Source: the human T2T-CHM13v2.0 reference genome, Homo sapiens
DNA: 64,000 nt
Direction: 5' to 3' (one strand)
NCBI RefSeq assembly: GCF_009914755.1
Contig: NC_060942.1
The position numbers and the translations under genes were made by a program. Shown piece by piece: positions 42,380 through 62,762 of this stretch. The stretch's first letter is position 1, and each line of letters begins with the position of its first letter. The notes below the pieces were generated by a model. That model did no database searches. It was not told the origin of the DNA and was given only the letters and a program-made list of their open reading frames with translations.

Positions 42380-43315
42380 GAAACTCACCTTAATGTTAAA
42401 GACATTTACAGATTGGGGATAAAGGAGTGGAAAAAGATATTTTATGTAAATGAAAACCAAAAGTGAGCAGGAATCGCTATGCTTATATAGGTTAAAATAG
42501 ACTTTAAGGCAAGAAGAGTGAAAAGAAACAAAGGGCATTATATAATGATAAAGCAATCAATTCAGCAAGAGTATATAACAATCATATAATGATAAAGCGA
42601 TCTGTTCAGCAAGGGTATATAACAATCATAAATATGTATGCACTCAACATTGGAGCATCCATATTCAGAAAACAAGTATTACTAGAGAATACTACCTAAA
42701 GAAAGAGATAGACAGCAACACAATGATAGTGGGGGACTTCAACACTCCGCTCACAGCACTAGACAGATCACTGAAACAGAAAATCAACAAAGAAACACTG
42801 GAATTAAATTGGAATTTAGACTAAATTAACCTAACAGACATTACAAATCATTTTACCCAACAACCTGAGAATATAATTCTTCTCATTAACACATGGAACA
42901 TTCTCGATAATAGACCACGTGTTAGGCCACAAAACAAGTCTTCATAAATAAAAAAAATGAAATCATAACAAGTATCTTCTCAGACCACAGTGGGATAAAA
43001 CTAGAAATTAATCCCAAGATGAATTCTCAAAACTATAAAAACACATGGAAATTGAACAATATGCTCCTGAATGACCTTTGGGTCAATAAGGAAATTAAGA
43101 CAGAAATTTTAAAAGTTTTGGAAAAAAGTGAAAATGGAAACACAATGTACAAAGGCTCTGGGATATATTAAAAGCAGTGCTAAGTAGGAAGTTTGTACCA
43201 TTAAATGCCTACATCAAGAAAAAAAGAAAAATAACAAATTAGCAACCTAATATTGCACCTCATGGAACTACAAAAACAAAAACAAACCAAACCCAAAGGT
43301 AAAGAAGAAAATAAA

Positions 43316-43612
<297 letters not shown>

Positions 43613-44068
43613 AGAAACAACAAAGATCAAAGAAGAACTGAAAGGAATTGATACAAAAGAAATATAAAAAATCAACAAAATGAAAATTTGGTTAACAAAG
43701 ATAAACAAAATTGATAAACCACTAGCTGAACTAATCAAGAAGAAAGAAGATCCAAATAAACATAATAAAAAATGAAAAAAGGAGACATTACAACTGATAC
43801 CACAGAAATACAAAAGCTTATCAGAGATTACTATGAACAACCATATGCTCACAAACTAAGAAACCTAGAGGAAATGGATGAATTCCTGGAAACATACAGC
43901 CTCCCAAGATTGAGCCAGGAAGAAACAGAAATTTGTAACAGAGCAATAGTGAGTAGTGATATTGAATTAGTAATAAAAAAATCTTCCAACAGGAAAAAAC
44001 CTCAGGACCAGAAGAATTCTTCGGTAGATTCTACCAGATATATGAAGAACTGACAGCAAATCCTCCTG

Positions 44069-44732
44069 AGTTTGCTGCAGGGGCGGGGCCTTCATGCAGA
44101 ACCTCTACTAGGATGAGGGGAAGGGAAATGTGGTGTGGGAACCCCCCACACAGAGTCTCTACTGGGGCAGTGCCTAGTGGAGCTGTGAGAAAAGGACCAC
44201 CGTCCTCCAGACTCCAGAATGGTAGATCCACTGACAGCTTGCACCGTGTGCCTGGAAAAGCCACAGACAACATCAGCCTATGAAAGCAGCCAGGAGGGAG
44301 GCTGTACCCTCCAAAGCTACGGGGGCAGAGCTGCTCAAGACCATGGGAACCCACCTCTTGCATCAGCATGACCTGGATGTGAGACATGGAGTCAAAGGAG
44401 ATCATCTTGGACCTTTAAGATTTGACTGCCTTGCTGGATTTTGGACTTGCATGGGGCCTGACTGTAGCCCCTTTGTTTTGACCAATTTCTCCTATTTGGA
44501 ATTGCTGTATTTACCCAATGGCTGTACCCACATTGTATCTAGGTTGTAACTAATTTGCTTTTGATTTTACAGGCTCATAGGTGCAAGGGACTTGCCTTAT
44601 ATCGGATGAGACTTTGGGCTGTGGACTTTTGAGTTAATGCTGAAATGAGTTAAGACTTTAGGGGACTATTGGGAAGGCATGACTGGTTTTGAAATGTGAG
44701 GACATGAGATTTGGGAGGGGCCAGGGGTGAAG
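44069..44732 (+). mobile_element. THE1-internal, 3' part
   Basis: 'ggggcagtgcctagtggagctgtgaga', 'gacctggatgtgagacatggagtcaaaggagatcat'; polypurine tract 'gggaggggccagggg' before the LTR. Confidence 0.9.
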
Positions 44733-45077
44733 TGATATGGTTTGACTGTGTCCGCACCCAAATCTCATCTTGAATTCCCTCATGCTGTGGGAGGGACCCG
44801 GTGGGAGGTAACTGAATCATGGGGTCAGGTCTTTCCCATGTTTCTCTTGTAATAGTGAATAAGTCTCATGAGATCTGATTGTTTTTAAAAAGGGGAGTTT
44901 CTCTGCACAAGCTCTCTTCTCTTGTCTGCTACCATGTGAGATGTGCCTTTCACCTTCTGCCATGATTGTGAGGCCTCCCCAGCCACGTGGAACTGTAAGT
45001 CAATTAAACCTCTTTCTTTTGTAAATTGCTCAGTCTTGGGTATGTCTTTATCAACAGTGTGAAAATGAACTAATACA
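44733..45077 (+). mobile_element. THE1A/B-like 3' LTR
   Basis: 'tgatatggtttgactgtgtcc..acccaaatctcatcttgaattcc...aactaataca'. Confidence 0.92.
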
Positions 45078-45650
45078 AGAACCCAGAAATAAACCCACAT
45101 GTCTACAGCTAACTGATCTTTGACAAAATCAACAAAAACATATAGTAGGGAAACGACACCCTTTTCAATAAATGGTGTTGGGAAAATTGGATTGCCATAT
45201 ACAGAAGAATGAAGCCAGATCTCTATCTCTCACCATATGCAAAAATCAGCTCAAGATGGATTAAAGACTTACATTTAAGACCTGGAACTATTAAAATACT
45301 AGAAGGAATACTTTTCTGGACATTGGTCTAGGCAAATTATTCATGACTAAGACTTCAACAGCATAAGGAACAAAATCAAAAATAGACAAATGGGACTTAA
45401 CTAAACCAAAAAGCTTCTGCATAGCAAAATCAACAGAATGAACAGACAAACTGCAGAATGGGAGAAAATGTTTACAAACTATGCATCTTATAGATCTGAC
45501 AGGTGACTGCTATCCAGAATTTACAAGGAATTCAAATAACTCAACACAAAAATCCAAATAATCTGATTAACATATGGGCAAAAAACATAAACAGATTTTT
45601 TGCAAAAGAGGACATACAAATGGCTAAAATGCATATGAAAAAAATGCTCA

Positions 45651-48020
<2,370 letters not shown>

Positions 48021-48414
48021 AATATTCTCGGTATCACTAATATTCAGCAAAATGCATATGAAAACCACAATGAGATACTATCTGACACCAGTCAGAATGG
48101 CTACTATTAAAACATAAAAAAATGACATACGTTTCTAAGAATGTGGTGAAAAGGGAACGCTTATACAATATTTCTGGGAATGTAAATTAGTACAGTCTCT
48201 ATGGAAAACAGCATAGAGACTGCTCAAAGATCCAAAAATAGAACTACCATTCAAATCAGCAATTCCACTACTGGGTCTCTACCCAAAGGAAATAAATCAT
48301 TATATGAAATAATACCTGCACTTGTATGCTTATTTTACCACTACTCCCAATAGTAAAGATATGTAATCAACCTAAGTGCCCATCAATGGATAGTTGGATG
48401 AAGAAAACGTGCTC

Positions 48415-48453
48415 TGTGTGTGTGTGTGAGTGTGTGTGTGTGTGTGTGTGTGT
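48415..48453. repeat. Interrupted (TG)n microsatellite
   Basis: Direct reading. Confidence 0.93.
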
Positions 48454-49299
48454 ATAAACTATCAACATGGTTAACAGACAGTGTATAGAATGGGAGAAAA
48501 TATTTGCAAATAGAATACTATTCAGCCATAAAAATGATTGAAATTCTGCCTTTTCAGCAACATGCATTTAATTGGATGCCATTATCTTAAGTAAAACAAC
48601 ACAGACAGAAATTCAAGAGCCACAAATTATCATTGTAAGTGGGAGCTTAAATAATGTGGACACGTGAACATGGAATGTGAAAAAACAGACACTGGAGACT
48701 TGGAAATATAGGAGGATGGGAGTGGGGTGAGGGATGAGAAATGACTTAATGGTACAATACACATTATTTAGGTGATGGTTACAACAAACGTCTAGATTTT
48801 ACCACTACGTATCTATGTAAAAAAACTGCCCTTGTTCCCCTTAAATTTACACAAAAATATACAGAATTTAAAAAGATATAACAAAGTATGTTTTATAATG
48901 TAAAGTTTTATTATATTTAAAGATTAAATAATATTGTGGTGGTTCATGTATGGCCATGAAAATACATATCTGTTCCTTTATGGGAATTAAGTAAAAGTAA
49001 TTTTGAAATTGTTTTATGATCTAAACAGTGCAAATGCCTCTTTTTAAGTAAGATAAACTTTTCGTGAAAATTGAAGAGGCAGTTAAATTGTGGCAGAAAC
49101 TGTGACTTTCTATGGAAATGTGCTCAGAGAAAACCAGAGCCTTTACAAGCTTTCTGAAAACCAGTAGGAAGTGAAGACAATAGCGCAGTTACATTTTATT
49201 TTTGTGGTCTGAATATTAGTGTGTATTATGACATATATAGTGGAGGAGAAGAGACAAGGTGTCTCCAGAGAGCTTTGCTGAATGTCAAAATCTATTGCA

Positions 49300-49462
49300 T
49301 TGACCTCATTTACTCCTCAAAGTTACCATACATCACATGGATTGCCTTTTCACTTCATTGGTAACAAAGCTCTGACTTGAGAGTTTATATAAACTGCTCG
49401 AGGTCACACAACCAGCAAGCAATGGAATCAGAGTTTGAGTCCAGTTCCATCTGACTCCATAT
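49300..49462 (-). mobile_element. MIR fragment
   Basis: 'gctcgaggtcacacaaccagcaagcaatggaatcagagtttgagtccag..tctgactcca'. Confidence 0.7.
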
Positions 49463-50393
49463 TCCAAATTGATGAGCTTATGAAAGATTCACAAATTGAA
49501 GAATACTGGCATGTAGGGGGTAGTTGCAATATGACTATAATCTTATGTTTTTCACAAGTCACATAGGAAATATCTAAGGCAGTAATTATCAAACTGCTCT
49601 ACAGAATCCTGTGGTTTCAATGATGAATTTTCCAACAAACAATAAGGACTACAACTTCTTGAGAAAAAAAGTTCATCTTTTCATATATGGCATGCAGAGT
49701 GCTTTTGAACAATGGTATTTGAAAAAAGAATGAATTCTGCTACATATAATTTGAAAGTCATGGTCTAGCTTGTGGGAGAGTAATTGACATTCCCAAGTAG
49801 GAACTACTGGATTATGCAGAGAAAGAAAGCTTCCTGAATAGAAGTTATATAAGTTTCAAGGTTCACTTTCAACACAGTGCCAAATGAAATCCTTAAGGTA
49901 GATGACAATTAAGAACAAAGAAAGAACAGTGCTGAGCTGCAAAGGAACCCTAACTGTGGGCATTACTGCTTGTGCCACAAAGTTTTCCATTCTGCCAGGG
50001 TAACAGCTACTACATCACTACATCAGTGGTGATGTGTTTGAAATACATCACACAAGTGACTGTGTCTAAGTGATTTGAGGAGGAATACTACATGCAGGTG
50101 AGGGATTGCAAGTCAAGAGAACTAGAGTAAAGAGAAGCATATAATTAAACCTGGCTGAAGTATTTTGACACAGCTAATCAAAAAAGACAGTCTAATAGGG
50201 CCAGCTAAGTATTTCCCCTTTATCCATTCTCTGGAACTTCAGGGCATTTTGAATTTTCATATATGTGACAGGTGAGCTCATGCCCCTCAGAGCTTGTTAG
50301 CCTTCCAGATGATCTGTCACTTATCACATTTAAGTTTGTAGATGGATTAGATGCTGATTGAATAGATTTCTGAAAGGCAATTAATGAAGGCTG

Positions 50394-50396
50394 TAT

Positions 50397-50437
<41 letters not shown>

Positions 50438-50455
50438 TATACATATACATATACA
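50394..50455. repeat. (TATACA)n hexanucleotide microsatellite
   Basis: Direct reading. Confidence 0.93.
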
Positions 50456-50744
50456 TTTACCCTCTGCAGTATGTACGTTTGTTAAAACCATCATCTTTTA
50501 GAGTAATAGAGTAAAATTTACATAGCAATTGAAAATCTCTTACCTAATATAACATTCATTTTGTATAACTCCCTAAGAATGAAAAAAATTATCAAACTAA
50601 TGATTTTTCATATCACATTTTATTTTGTGTTTTGTGACCAGTTAGTATAATCATTATTTACATTTCCAAATTGACTTTTTGAAAAATAACAACAAGTTGT
50701 TATAGCAAATGACATAATATGATTTAGTTTATTTCTGCTAAATT

Positions 50745-50842
50745 GCGAGTCTCCCAAGGTCTCAGACAATGTTTATTTCTAATTTCCCTGACACCTAGCA
50801 CAGTCGCTGGCACACAGAAATCACTCAATATATTTTTGCTGA
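50745..50842 (+). mobile_element. L2 3' end fragment
   Basis: 'cacctagcacagtcgctggcacacagaaatcactcaatatattt'. Confidence 0.7.
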
Positions 50843-50984
50843 CATATGTCATATATGTATATGTATAAGCCTTTCCTAGATTAGTGTGAATGGAAATAAA
50901 GGCCATCAAAATGATGTCCATTAATTAGGTTGATTACTTTGCATTTGTGGAAGATGTACGAAGAGTCACATAAAGATTGCATAA

Positions 50985-51172
50985 GCTTTGGAGTTAGACA
51001 GCTTTTAGGTTAAAATTCTTGCTCTGCCATTTATTGCCCGTGAAACATTGGGCTAATTATTTCATCTCAGAGCTTTAGTTTTCTCGTCCATAAAGTAGGA
51101 TAAAATAAGTCCAGCCTCAGAGAGTTGCTGGAATAATAAGTATATTGTAATAATGTACATAGAACAGTACCT
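50985..51172 (+). mobile_element. MIR
   Basis: 'gctttggagttagacag...gctctgccattta...gctttagttttctcgtccataaagtaggataa'. Confidence 0.75.
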
Positions 51173-51762
51173 GTCCTTTGCCTAATTACAGTTCAAAAAT
51201 TTCAAAAGTCTGGTGTAGGATATTCTTTGAGTTAAATAAATTTGCATAATTATCCTACCTAACTGGTACAATTTAACCTTATTTTACACCACACCTTCCA
51301 TAAACTCTATTTCATATTTTGTAAAATTCTCCCTAAACATAAGAGAGTATTTTAATAAATCAAAAAAGTACAATTAGTATTTTACTTATGTTTTCAGGAG
51401 AAGGTGAAGAAAAAAAAATACATCAGCCTGTGTAGACTCTTTAAAAACAAAACAAAATAACAGCCTTAACCCATTTCTGCTTTCTCCAGTTTTCTTCTGC
51501 TCAGGACAGCTGCCTCATTCTCTTTTCTTTTCTTTTTCTCCCTCTACCCTCCAAATTCTTCAGTTTCTCCAGTCAAGCTTATTCCAACCTTTCTTCTTCC
51601 CAACCACGTTTCAAAATCATGTCAGCTCAAAAGCATTCAGAGAGACAAAACTCAGCAAAATTAACTAGACCATCTACCAATCCTCATAAGAATCTTCAGT
51701 CAATGGTGAAAATTTTTAAAAACGTTTCTAAAACTTAGAAAGTTTTTAAAAGGCAAATACAT

Positions 51763-51995
51763 GGTTGGCAGAGACTGCTGGTTGCCTCCAAGTATTGTTT
51801 CTCCCCTTTCTTCTTGTTGTCAGAACACATCTTATACAATGCTGTGCAGTGGTTCTACTTTTAATAAGCGCACCAGTGAGTAATAACAGGGGCCATGGGT
51901 GCCCAGCCAAAGGCAATATTTCCCTGCTGGTGTTACAGAAATTGTGGCATTTAGACTAAGTGCAGGTCAATGGGATTAAGTGGAAGTGAGCGTGG
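51763..51995 (+). mobile_element. MLT1J-like LTR 5' fragment
   Basis: 'ggcagagactgctggttgcc', 'gcccagccaaa..atttccc', 'gactaag..ggtcaatggga..aagtggaagtg'. Confidence 0.55.
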
Positions 51996-52931
51996 AAAAC
52001 CTTGATTGGAGGAAGAATAGAGAGAAAGATATCAATTATTATTAAATTAGAGAATTAGTCAGACCTTATGGGGAGAGAGGAGAAAGTACTAGAACTGTGG
52101 AATGGTTTGCTTTCTTTTGACATCAAAATGAGGAAAGTCTGTATCATAGCAGGGGTGAGACTAAGCTATGTTTGGGGCCTTCCTGCACCTGGGAATACTT
52201 CACTCAGAGCAACAAAACCCCTATTCAATTATAATGGTTTGATAATGAGAAAAATTATGTAAATGAGACTCACAGTAATTAGTAGCTGGGTCTCAATGGG
52301 TCTAGCTAGTTCCACCTTTGAGGAAGGTCTGGGAGGAGTTTGGGAAGAAGTTTATGTCTCATACAAAGTGTTAAGGTCAGGGAAGGGAAGCATGTAACTT
52401 ATGTGTACAAGGTTTTAGTTTTGAGACTGCTGGTTAAAAAGAGCCTCCAGGTAACTGCAGGCCTGGCCAAATTGAGAGGCAGTAAAAACCAATGTAGCTG
52501 CACTAGTTTGACTTGTCAGTGTTGAGGTTTGGACGAAAACGTCAGGAACCAGAAACCCAGGTCTAAGCAAAAGCAGAGGCTTCTTCCTCATGTCCTGTGA
52601 AACTTGGCCTGGGTTCAACACAATCCAGGTTTTTTTCTCTTCTGTGACTGTTCTCCTTGGGTTCCCACCACCTCTGGGGACTGGGTTGATGAGGGGCAGG
52701 GGTGTGCAGACGGAGGACCATAAGGACTTAGCAACTAGGAACATCAAGCAGGATTTCTCCTGTGTGGGCAAGTCACACACAAAACTCCAGAAATACATAT
52801 TCAAAATGCTCCTAGCTTCCCTCTGCATTAGTCACAATAACACTAAATGCTGAAACAGGTACACTCCAATATGCCAGTGTGTTGTGATTTCTATTTCCAT
52901 GTTCTTCTTTTTTTCTAATTTATTTTTAAAG

Positions 52932-53521
52932 TGTCTCTCTTGAGAAAGGCCATAAGACAAAGTAGCCACTCTCTAGGAGAGACCTGACCTAGGGAGTAGG
53001 GAGTTAGGTTGGGTTGTGTGTATTAGATGAGGCACAATGGAAAGGGGAAACCAAAATGCATGAAACAGAAGAAATTTGTTATTCACAGGTCCCAGAGAAG
53101 TCAGGGGTGCCAACAGATAGTCCACAGGTGGTGGGGTGCTCAACCAGTGGATAGGGAGAGGGAAAGAGTGAGAGAGGGAGAGAAAGGGAGAGAGAAAGAG
53201 AGAGAGAGAGAGAACCTGTGGGATTATGTCTCTATTAAAGTCCATAGGTGTTATCTCTTAGGCTTCTCTGTGGGGGTTGTAGGTTGATTAGTTTAAAAAA
53301 AACATGCATGAAGTGGGGAATTTATTTACATGACTCTGATATTGGCCAATAAGTTATTATGGTCAGATGAAGAATAAGCTGACTATGTAACAAACAACCA
53401 CATAGGCAGGGGAGGTTTTAACTAGGCCATAGGTTACAGGGTACAATTGGGTTTCAAGCAACTTATGTCAGGATTAAAAATGGATACCAAGGTGGCAATG
53501 ACATTACACAAATATATGACA
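52932..53521 (-). mobile_element. ERVL-class solo LTR (MER73/MER54/MER74 group)
   Basis: Minus strand starts 'tgtcatatatttg...atccatttttaatcctgacataagttgcttgaaaccc' and ends near 'ctcctagagagtggcta'; internal (GA)-rich tract; left boundary approximate. Confidence 0.7.
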
Positions 53522-53624
53522 TGGTGGTTTGTCACAGAGAAGTTGATTTTGCTTTTGGTGAAGTCCAGTTGGAGGTGATGGGTACAATGGGTGGAGCTGG
53601 GAGTCTAAGCAGGGTGGTTATTTG

Positions 53625-53885
53625 TTCTGCAATCAAATTGCCTGGATTCAATTTCCAACTCACCATAGACTAATTTTGTGACCTTGATTAACTTAACTGT
53701 GCTTTGACTTTCTAACCTGTAAAAGTCATAATTTTACCTTATGTCTGGATAACAAATTGAATAGCAGTGGGACAATTATTGTACCTAGCTCATAGCAATG
53801 TGAACATTCATGAGATAATTCATGAAAAGGACTTAATACATAACTGATACACAATAAACACTCAACACATGTTTAACTATTATAA
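53625..53885 (+). mobile_element. MIR
   Basis: 'cctggattcaatttccaactcacca', 'tgtgaccttg', 'acctgtaaaa', 'taaacactcaacacatgt'. Confidence 0.7.
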
Positions 53886-54289
53886 TTTTTATTGGAGTAG
53901 ATAACTGCATTTTTTAACCTTTTTCCTTGATGCCAATATTTTTGTACTTTTAGTATGTTACTTAACTCTGATTGTAGGTAGGAATTACTCTATCTTAAAC
54001 TAAAAAAAAAAAAAAGTCCAGGAATAGGTTTTTAACAGCTTGTACATTATGCCTCCTGGTATGGCAGTCCTTAAATCCTTCCTAGTTCCCCAATCAGTGA
54101 CACACAGTGTGAAGATTCTCTTAGGGAAAATAGAGAAGGCAGCACTAATTAACAACGCAATTATTTAACACTTTACCTCCTCTTCCTCCTTCTTCTCATT
54201 AGAATCTATAATTTCTTTTTCTCTTGATGTTGATTTTAACCACATTTCACCAATGTGTACATGTTCAGGGGTGAAGATAAACTTTGATT

Positions 54290-55075
54290 TAATTTGACCA
54301 ATATTGATTAAGATCTATTATATACAAAGTATTATTCTGGAAGCACATCCATGTAATCAGAACAAAAATTTCTGTCTTTGTGGGAGATTTGAGTGGAAGG
54401 TTGTCAGTAATAAGTGATATAATGTAAAAAAATAAGTGAATTAGCTAATATGCTAGGAGATGATATATGCAAAGGAATAAAGCACAAGTGGAATAAGGTA
54501 AAGAGGATGTGGAGTGAGAGATGGGATTTAGCTGTAATTTAACGTATATTGGTTAGGCCTCTCTGAGATGGTTGTAGTTGAGAGAAGACTTGAAGGAGGT
54601 AAGTTCTATGATCTAAATGTTTGTGTCCACTCAAAATTCATATGTTGTACCCTAACCTCCAAGATGACAATATTAGGGGGTGGGGCCTTTTGGGAGATGG
54701 TTAGGTCATCAGAGAGAAGCCCTCATGAATGGGTTTATTGCCCTTATAAAAGTGGCCCAAGGGAGTTCGTTCACCTCTTCCATGCTGGGAGGATATTGCA
54801 AGAATGCATCAGCTTTTATATGAATCAGGAAGGCCCTCAGCAGATACCAAATCTGCCAGCAGATTTATTTTGGGTGTCCCAGCCTCCAGAACTGTGGGAA
54901 ATAAATTTCTGTTGTTTATAAGCCACCTAGTTTATGGTATTCTGCTATGGCAGCCTGAACAGAAGAGAGTTCCATTCTAAGAGGAAGAGAATTACCCATA
55001 CTGAGGGAAGAGGGTTCTTGACAGAGGTCACAGCTCATACAAAGACCTTGAACTGAGCACATGCATGGCTACTCT
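54290..55075 (-). mobile_element. L2 fragments flanking the MLT1A LTR
   Basis: 'ggttaggcctctctgagatggt...gagagaagacttgaagga', 'acagaggtcacagc..acaaagaccttga'. Confidence 0.55.
54604..54968 (+). mobile_element. MLT1A/A0 solo LTR
   Basis: 'aatgtttgtgtcc..caaaattcatatgttg', 'ccagcctccagaactgtg..aaataaatttctgttgtttataagccacc'. Confidence 0.88.
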
Positions 55076-55121
55076 AAAGGGTTATTGTGAGGATTAAAAG
55101 AGAACAGGGTCACGGAAATTC

Positions 55122-55489
55122 TGATGGTAGACCTGGAGATGCGCTGCCCAGTTCCTCCCTTATGGAAGAACTTGCTGCTTGGAGAGAGTGGTCAGCAGAC
55201 AGACTCCAGCTATCAGCTCTTTCGGGGTCTGCTTTGGCTACAGACAGTTGCCTCATTCAACATCACATCCTTCCCGGGTAGCCCACTTTGGAGCTGAGTA
55301 GTATAAAGGGCCAGCCATTTTGGCTCAGTGAGGACATGATGATGGGCAGCACTTGCTCCAGAGCTTCCCAGCAGGTTGGCTGAGGCTTGCTTGGGCTTGC
55401 ACGGCAGGTCATCTTTGCCCTCTGTCCAATCCTACTTCCTCTCCTTTCTTTCATAGGTTTTGATCTTCCAGAGAACCCAACCTATGACA
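55122..55489 (+). mobile_element. LTR16 (C-like) ERVL solo LTR
   Basis: 'gtggtcagcagacagactccagctatcagctc', 'tataaaggg', 'gctccagagcttccc..ggttggctgaggc', end 'gagaacccaacctatgaca'. Confidence 0.75.
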
Positions 55490-55569
55490 ACACTGAAATA
55501 ATGTTGTTACAACTTACTGCAACATGAATTAGTTCTAAAATTTCATGACTTTTAGGAGGAAGAATTGCA

Positions 55570-55790
55570 GGATCATTGACTTTGAATTACAGCTCTTGTC
55601 ATGAATGATGTGCTTTTTTGACACATTTCTTAAACTTTTTAGTCTTTAATTGCCTCATTGGGAAAACTGGGCTAATAATTTCAAGTTCCATAGTTTTGGT
55701 GTGAACTAAATTATGTAATAAGTGTATAAAGTTCTACGAGTGTCTCACACGCAAGTATTGGGTAGAGTATAATCATTATAAATTATTCAT
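55570..55790 (+). mobile_element. Degraded MIR
   Basis: 'gcctcattgggaaaactgggctaataat', 'gaactaaattatgtaataagtgtataaagt'. Confidence 0.45.
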
Positions 55791-55861
55791 ATACTCATAG
55801 TTAAAGATCACTATTATTCAAGTGATACTAGACTAGGTGTGTGCAATGATTAATATTTTGA

Positions 55862-60660
<4,799 letters not shown>

Positions 60661-60884
60661 TTTCTTGAACTCTGAAGGAACGCTTTTCAGCTTGCTCCAC
60701 TATTAGCTCACTTGAGGATCTGCTTCTACAATATGATTTTCCCAGGGGTATTGGTGCCATGGTGTTGTCCGTTGGCCTGTAAGTACTCGGAGTCACTTAT
60801 AAACAAGACTACATTATCTCTGTGAAGCTATACAGGCTCTTCAGTATTTTTTCCTGGAAAACTCCATAAACGCTTTCTGGTTGA

Positions 60885-61060
60885 ACTAGTTATTGAACAC
60901 TTATTCTTTAAGGCACTGCCACGGACTTAAGGAATTACAGAAGCATAGGATATGATATTGGCCTTGTAGAGATTACAATCAAATTAAAGACAGAAAACAG
61001 CATACATAAAACAATTATAGAATAACTAAATGTTAAATTGTGTGATAGTAACTCTAAGGG
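60885..61060 (-). mobile_element. L2 fragment
   Basis: 'ttattgaacacttatt...ggcactg...ggccttgtagagattacaatc'. Confidence 0.5.
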
Positions 61061-61929
61061 TAATAGTTCAGAGAAAAGAGACATTAGCGTGTACTACAGT
61101 AACAGATGTAATAATAGTAGTAATCTTGAGAGAGAACCAAATTCTTCCATAATACCTGGCAATATAACTTGTGTAGCAAGTTATGTTGAGAGTAAATTGT
61201 CTCTTCTTTTAGCCAGAGTAAGTCTCTCATTATCACACAATAACAGTTGCTGATAACATTAGGATCTTCCACATTTCTAATGAATATTTCTGATTTTTAT
61301 ACTTCTTATGCTGATGTTAAATATGAATCCATATTGGGGGCCCTAGCCTGCTCTGATTTTATCTCTTTCCATGTCCATCACCAGCTCATTGTCTTTATGT
61401 GTCTGCCTTTTTCAAACTGAAATGTGATTAAATTAATTGGTTTAAAAATACACTGTGTCATGCTGTGAATATTGGGTTTAAATACAATTGCAGTAGGTTG
61501 CACTAATTAATTAATTGGGTTTTATTTTACGAGCTTGGAGTTAAGGATGCTTGAACATAATATGTAAATTTATGCAGAATGTGCAAATCAGTATTTTGAT
61601 TCAAGCATCCTGGCACACAGAAAAAATAAAACACTGAATATAGAAAGTATGATATAAGCTAGATTTATTTATCCTACGGGTTGAATTGTCACCTAAGCAA
61701 CTCCAAATGGAGGCTGGCTTGGTTGGGGCTGGTGTGTAGGAAGATGGACTGAGAAACTTAAAAAATTCAAAGTTAATTTATTTCAAAATTCATATAGCTT
61801 AAATGACTAAAGGTAGGAGAAAAGGTATTGATCAAATGAAAGCTTTTCTGAGCTGGCTTTGAAGAATCTGTTTATATCTTAATTGATAGCTCCTCTTTTA
61901 TTACTCGGTCCTGGGGTTAACCTCAATTG

Positions 61930-62110
61930 TATCCATTTACTCAACTAGTGTTTAATGAGTTGCCATGGTGTGCCTCGTACTTGTGATAAGATTAGAAGAT
62001 AGGAAGATTAACAAAATGCAATTCTTCTTATTGAGAATCTCATAACTTGGGGGGTATACATGTGCACATAATTAATTATGATGCATTGTGATAATAATGC
62101 TAATAAGTCC
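61930..62110 (-). mobile_element. L2 fragment
   Basis: 'atccatttactcaac..gtttaatgagttgcca..gtgcc','gagaatctcataact'. Confidence 0.45.
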
Positions 62111-62189
62111 CAGGGTTGCTGGCAGTTCTCGCTTGAAGCAGTGTTCCTTCCATTCCTGGAAATATAGTCTAGTAATCCGAAGTAGGATC

Positions 62190-62762
62190 TTTACTTGATC
62201 AGCTAAGAATGCATTCAATGAGAAGCATCAGAAAACCCAGCGATAGTGGTTGAAAAAACAGGAGTTTATTGTTCCCACACTATAGAAAATACTAAAGTAG
62301 TCGTGACAGGCATGAGTCCAGTGGCTCAGTAATGTCAGTGCTGAGGTCTTTAAGATTTTTTTGGCCTTTATCTTCAAGGACCAAAATGGCTGCTTAAATC
62401 TCATCCACAATCCTGCTTCAAGACACAAAGAATGTTGGAAGGAGAAAGTGGAAAGGGCCTTTTCTTTAATCAGTTTGCACTTTTATTCAAGAATGAGGCC
62501 CTTCTCCTCTCTCAGTCAGATTTCCCATTTCCTCTATTAGCCAGATCTGGGACACATGTTTAATTTTAAACAATCACTGGCCGAGAGCAACACCAGTGCA
62601 GTGAGCGATTATCAGGTCATGATTTATTCCCTGGGGCTTGTGTTGCTGCTCCCTCAGATCAAGGTCTCCCTCCACCTGCTATCTTAACACTTTTTTTTTA
62701 AAATCAGGGATAAAGAGGGATAGTAATGTCTTTTATGTAAGGAAAGCACTGTGTCTGCTGCA
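62190..62762 (-). mobile_element. MLT1K/L-like LTR
   Basis: 'atcagctaagaatgcattcaa..agcatcagaaaaccc', 'caaaatggctgc', 'ttagccagatctgggacacatg', end 'gtgtctgctgca'. Confidence 0.6.

Noticed and set aside
51380-51410. Possible 6-nt microexon ttttcag|GAGAAG|gtgaag
   Set aside because: The donor is weak and there is no other support.
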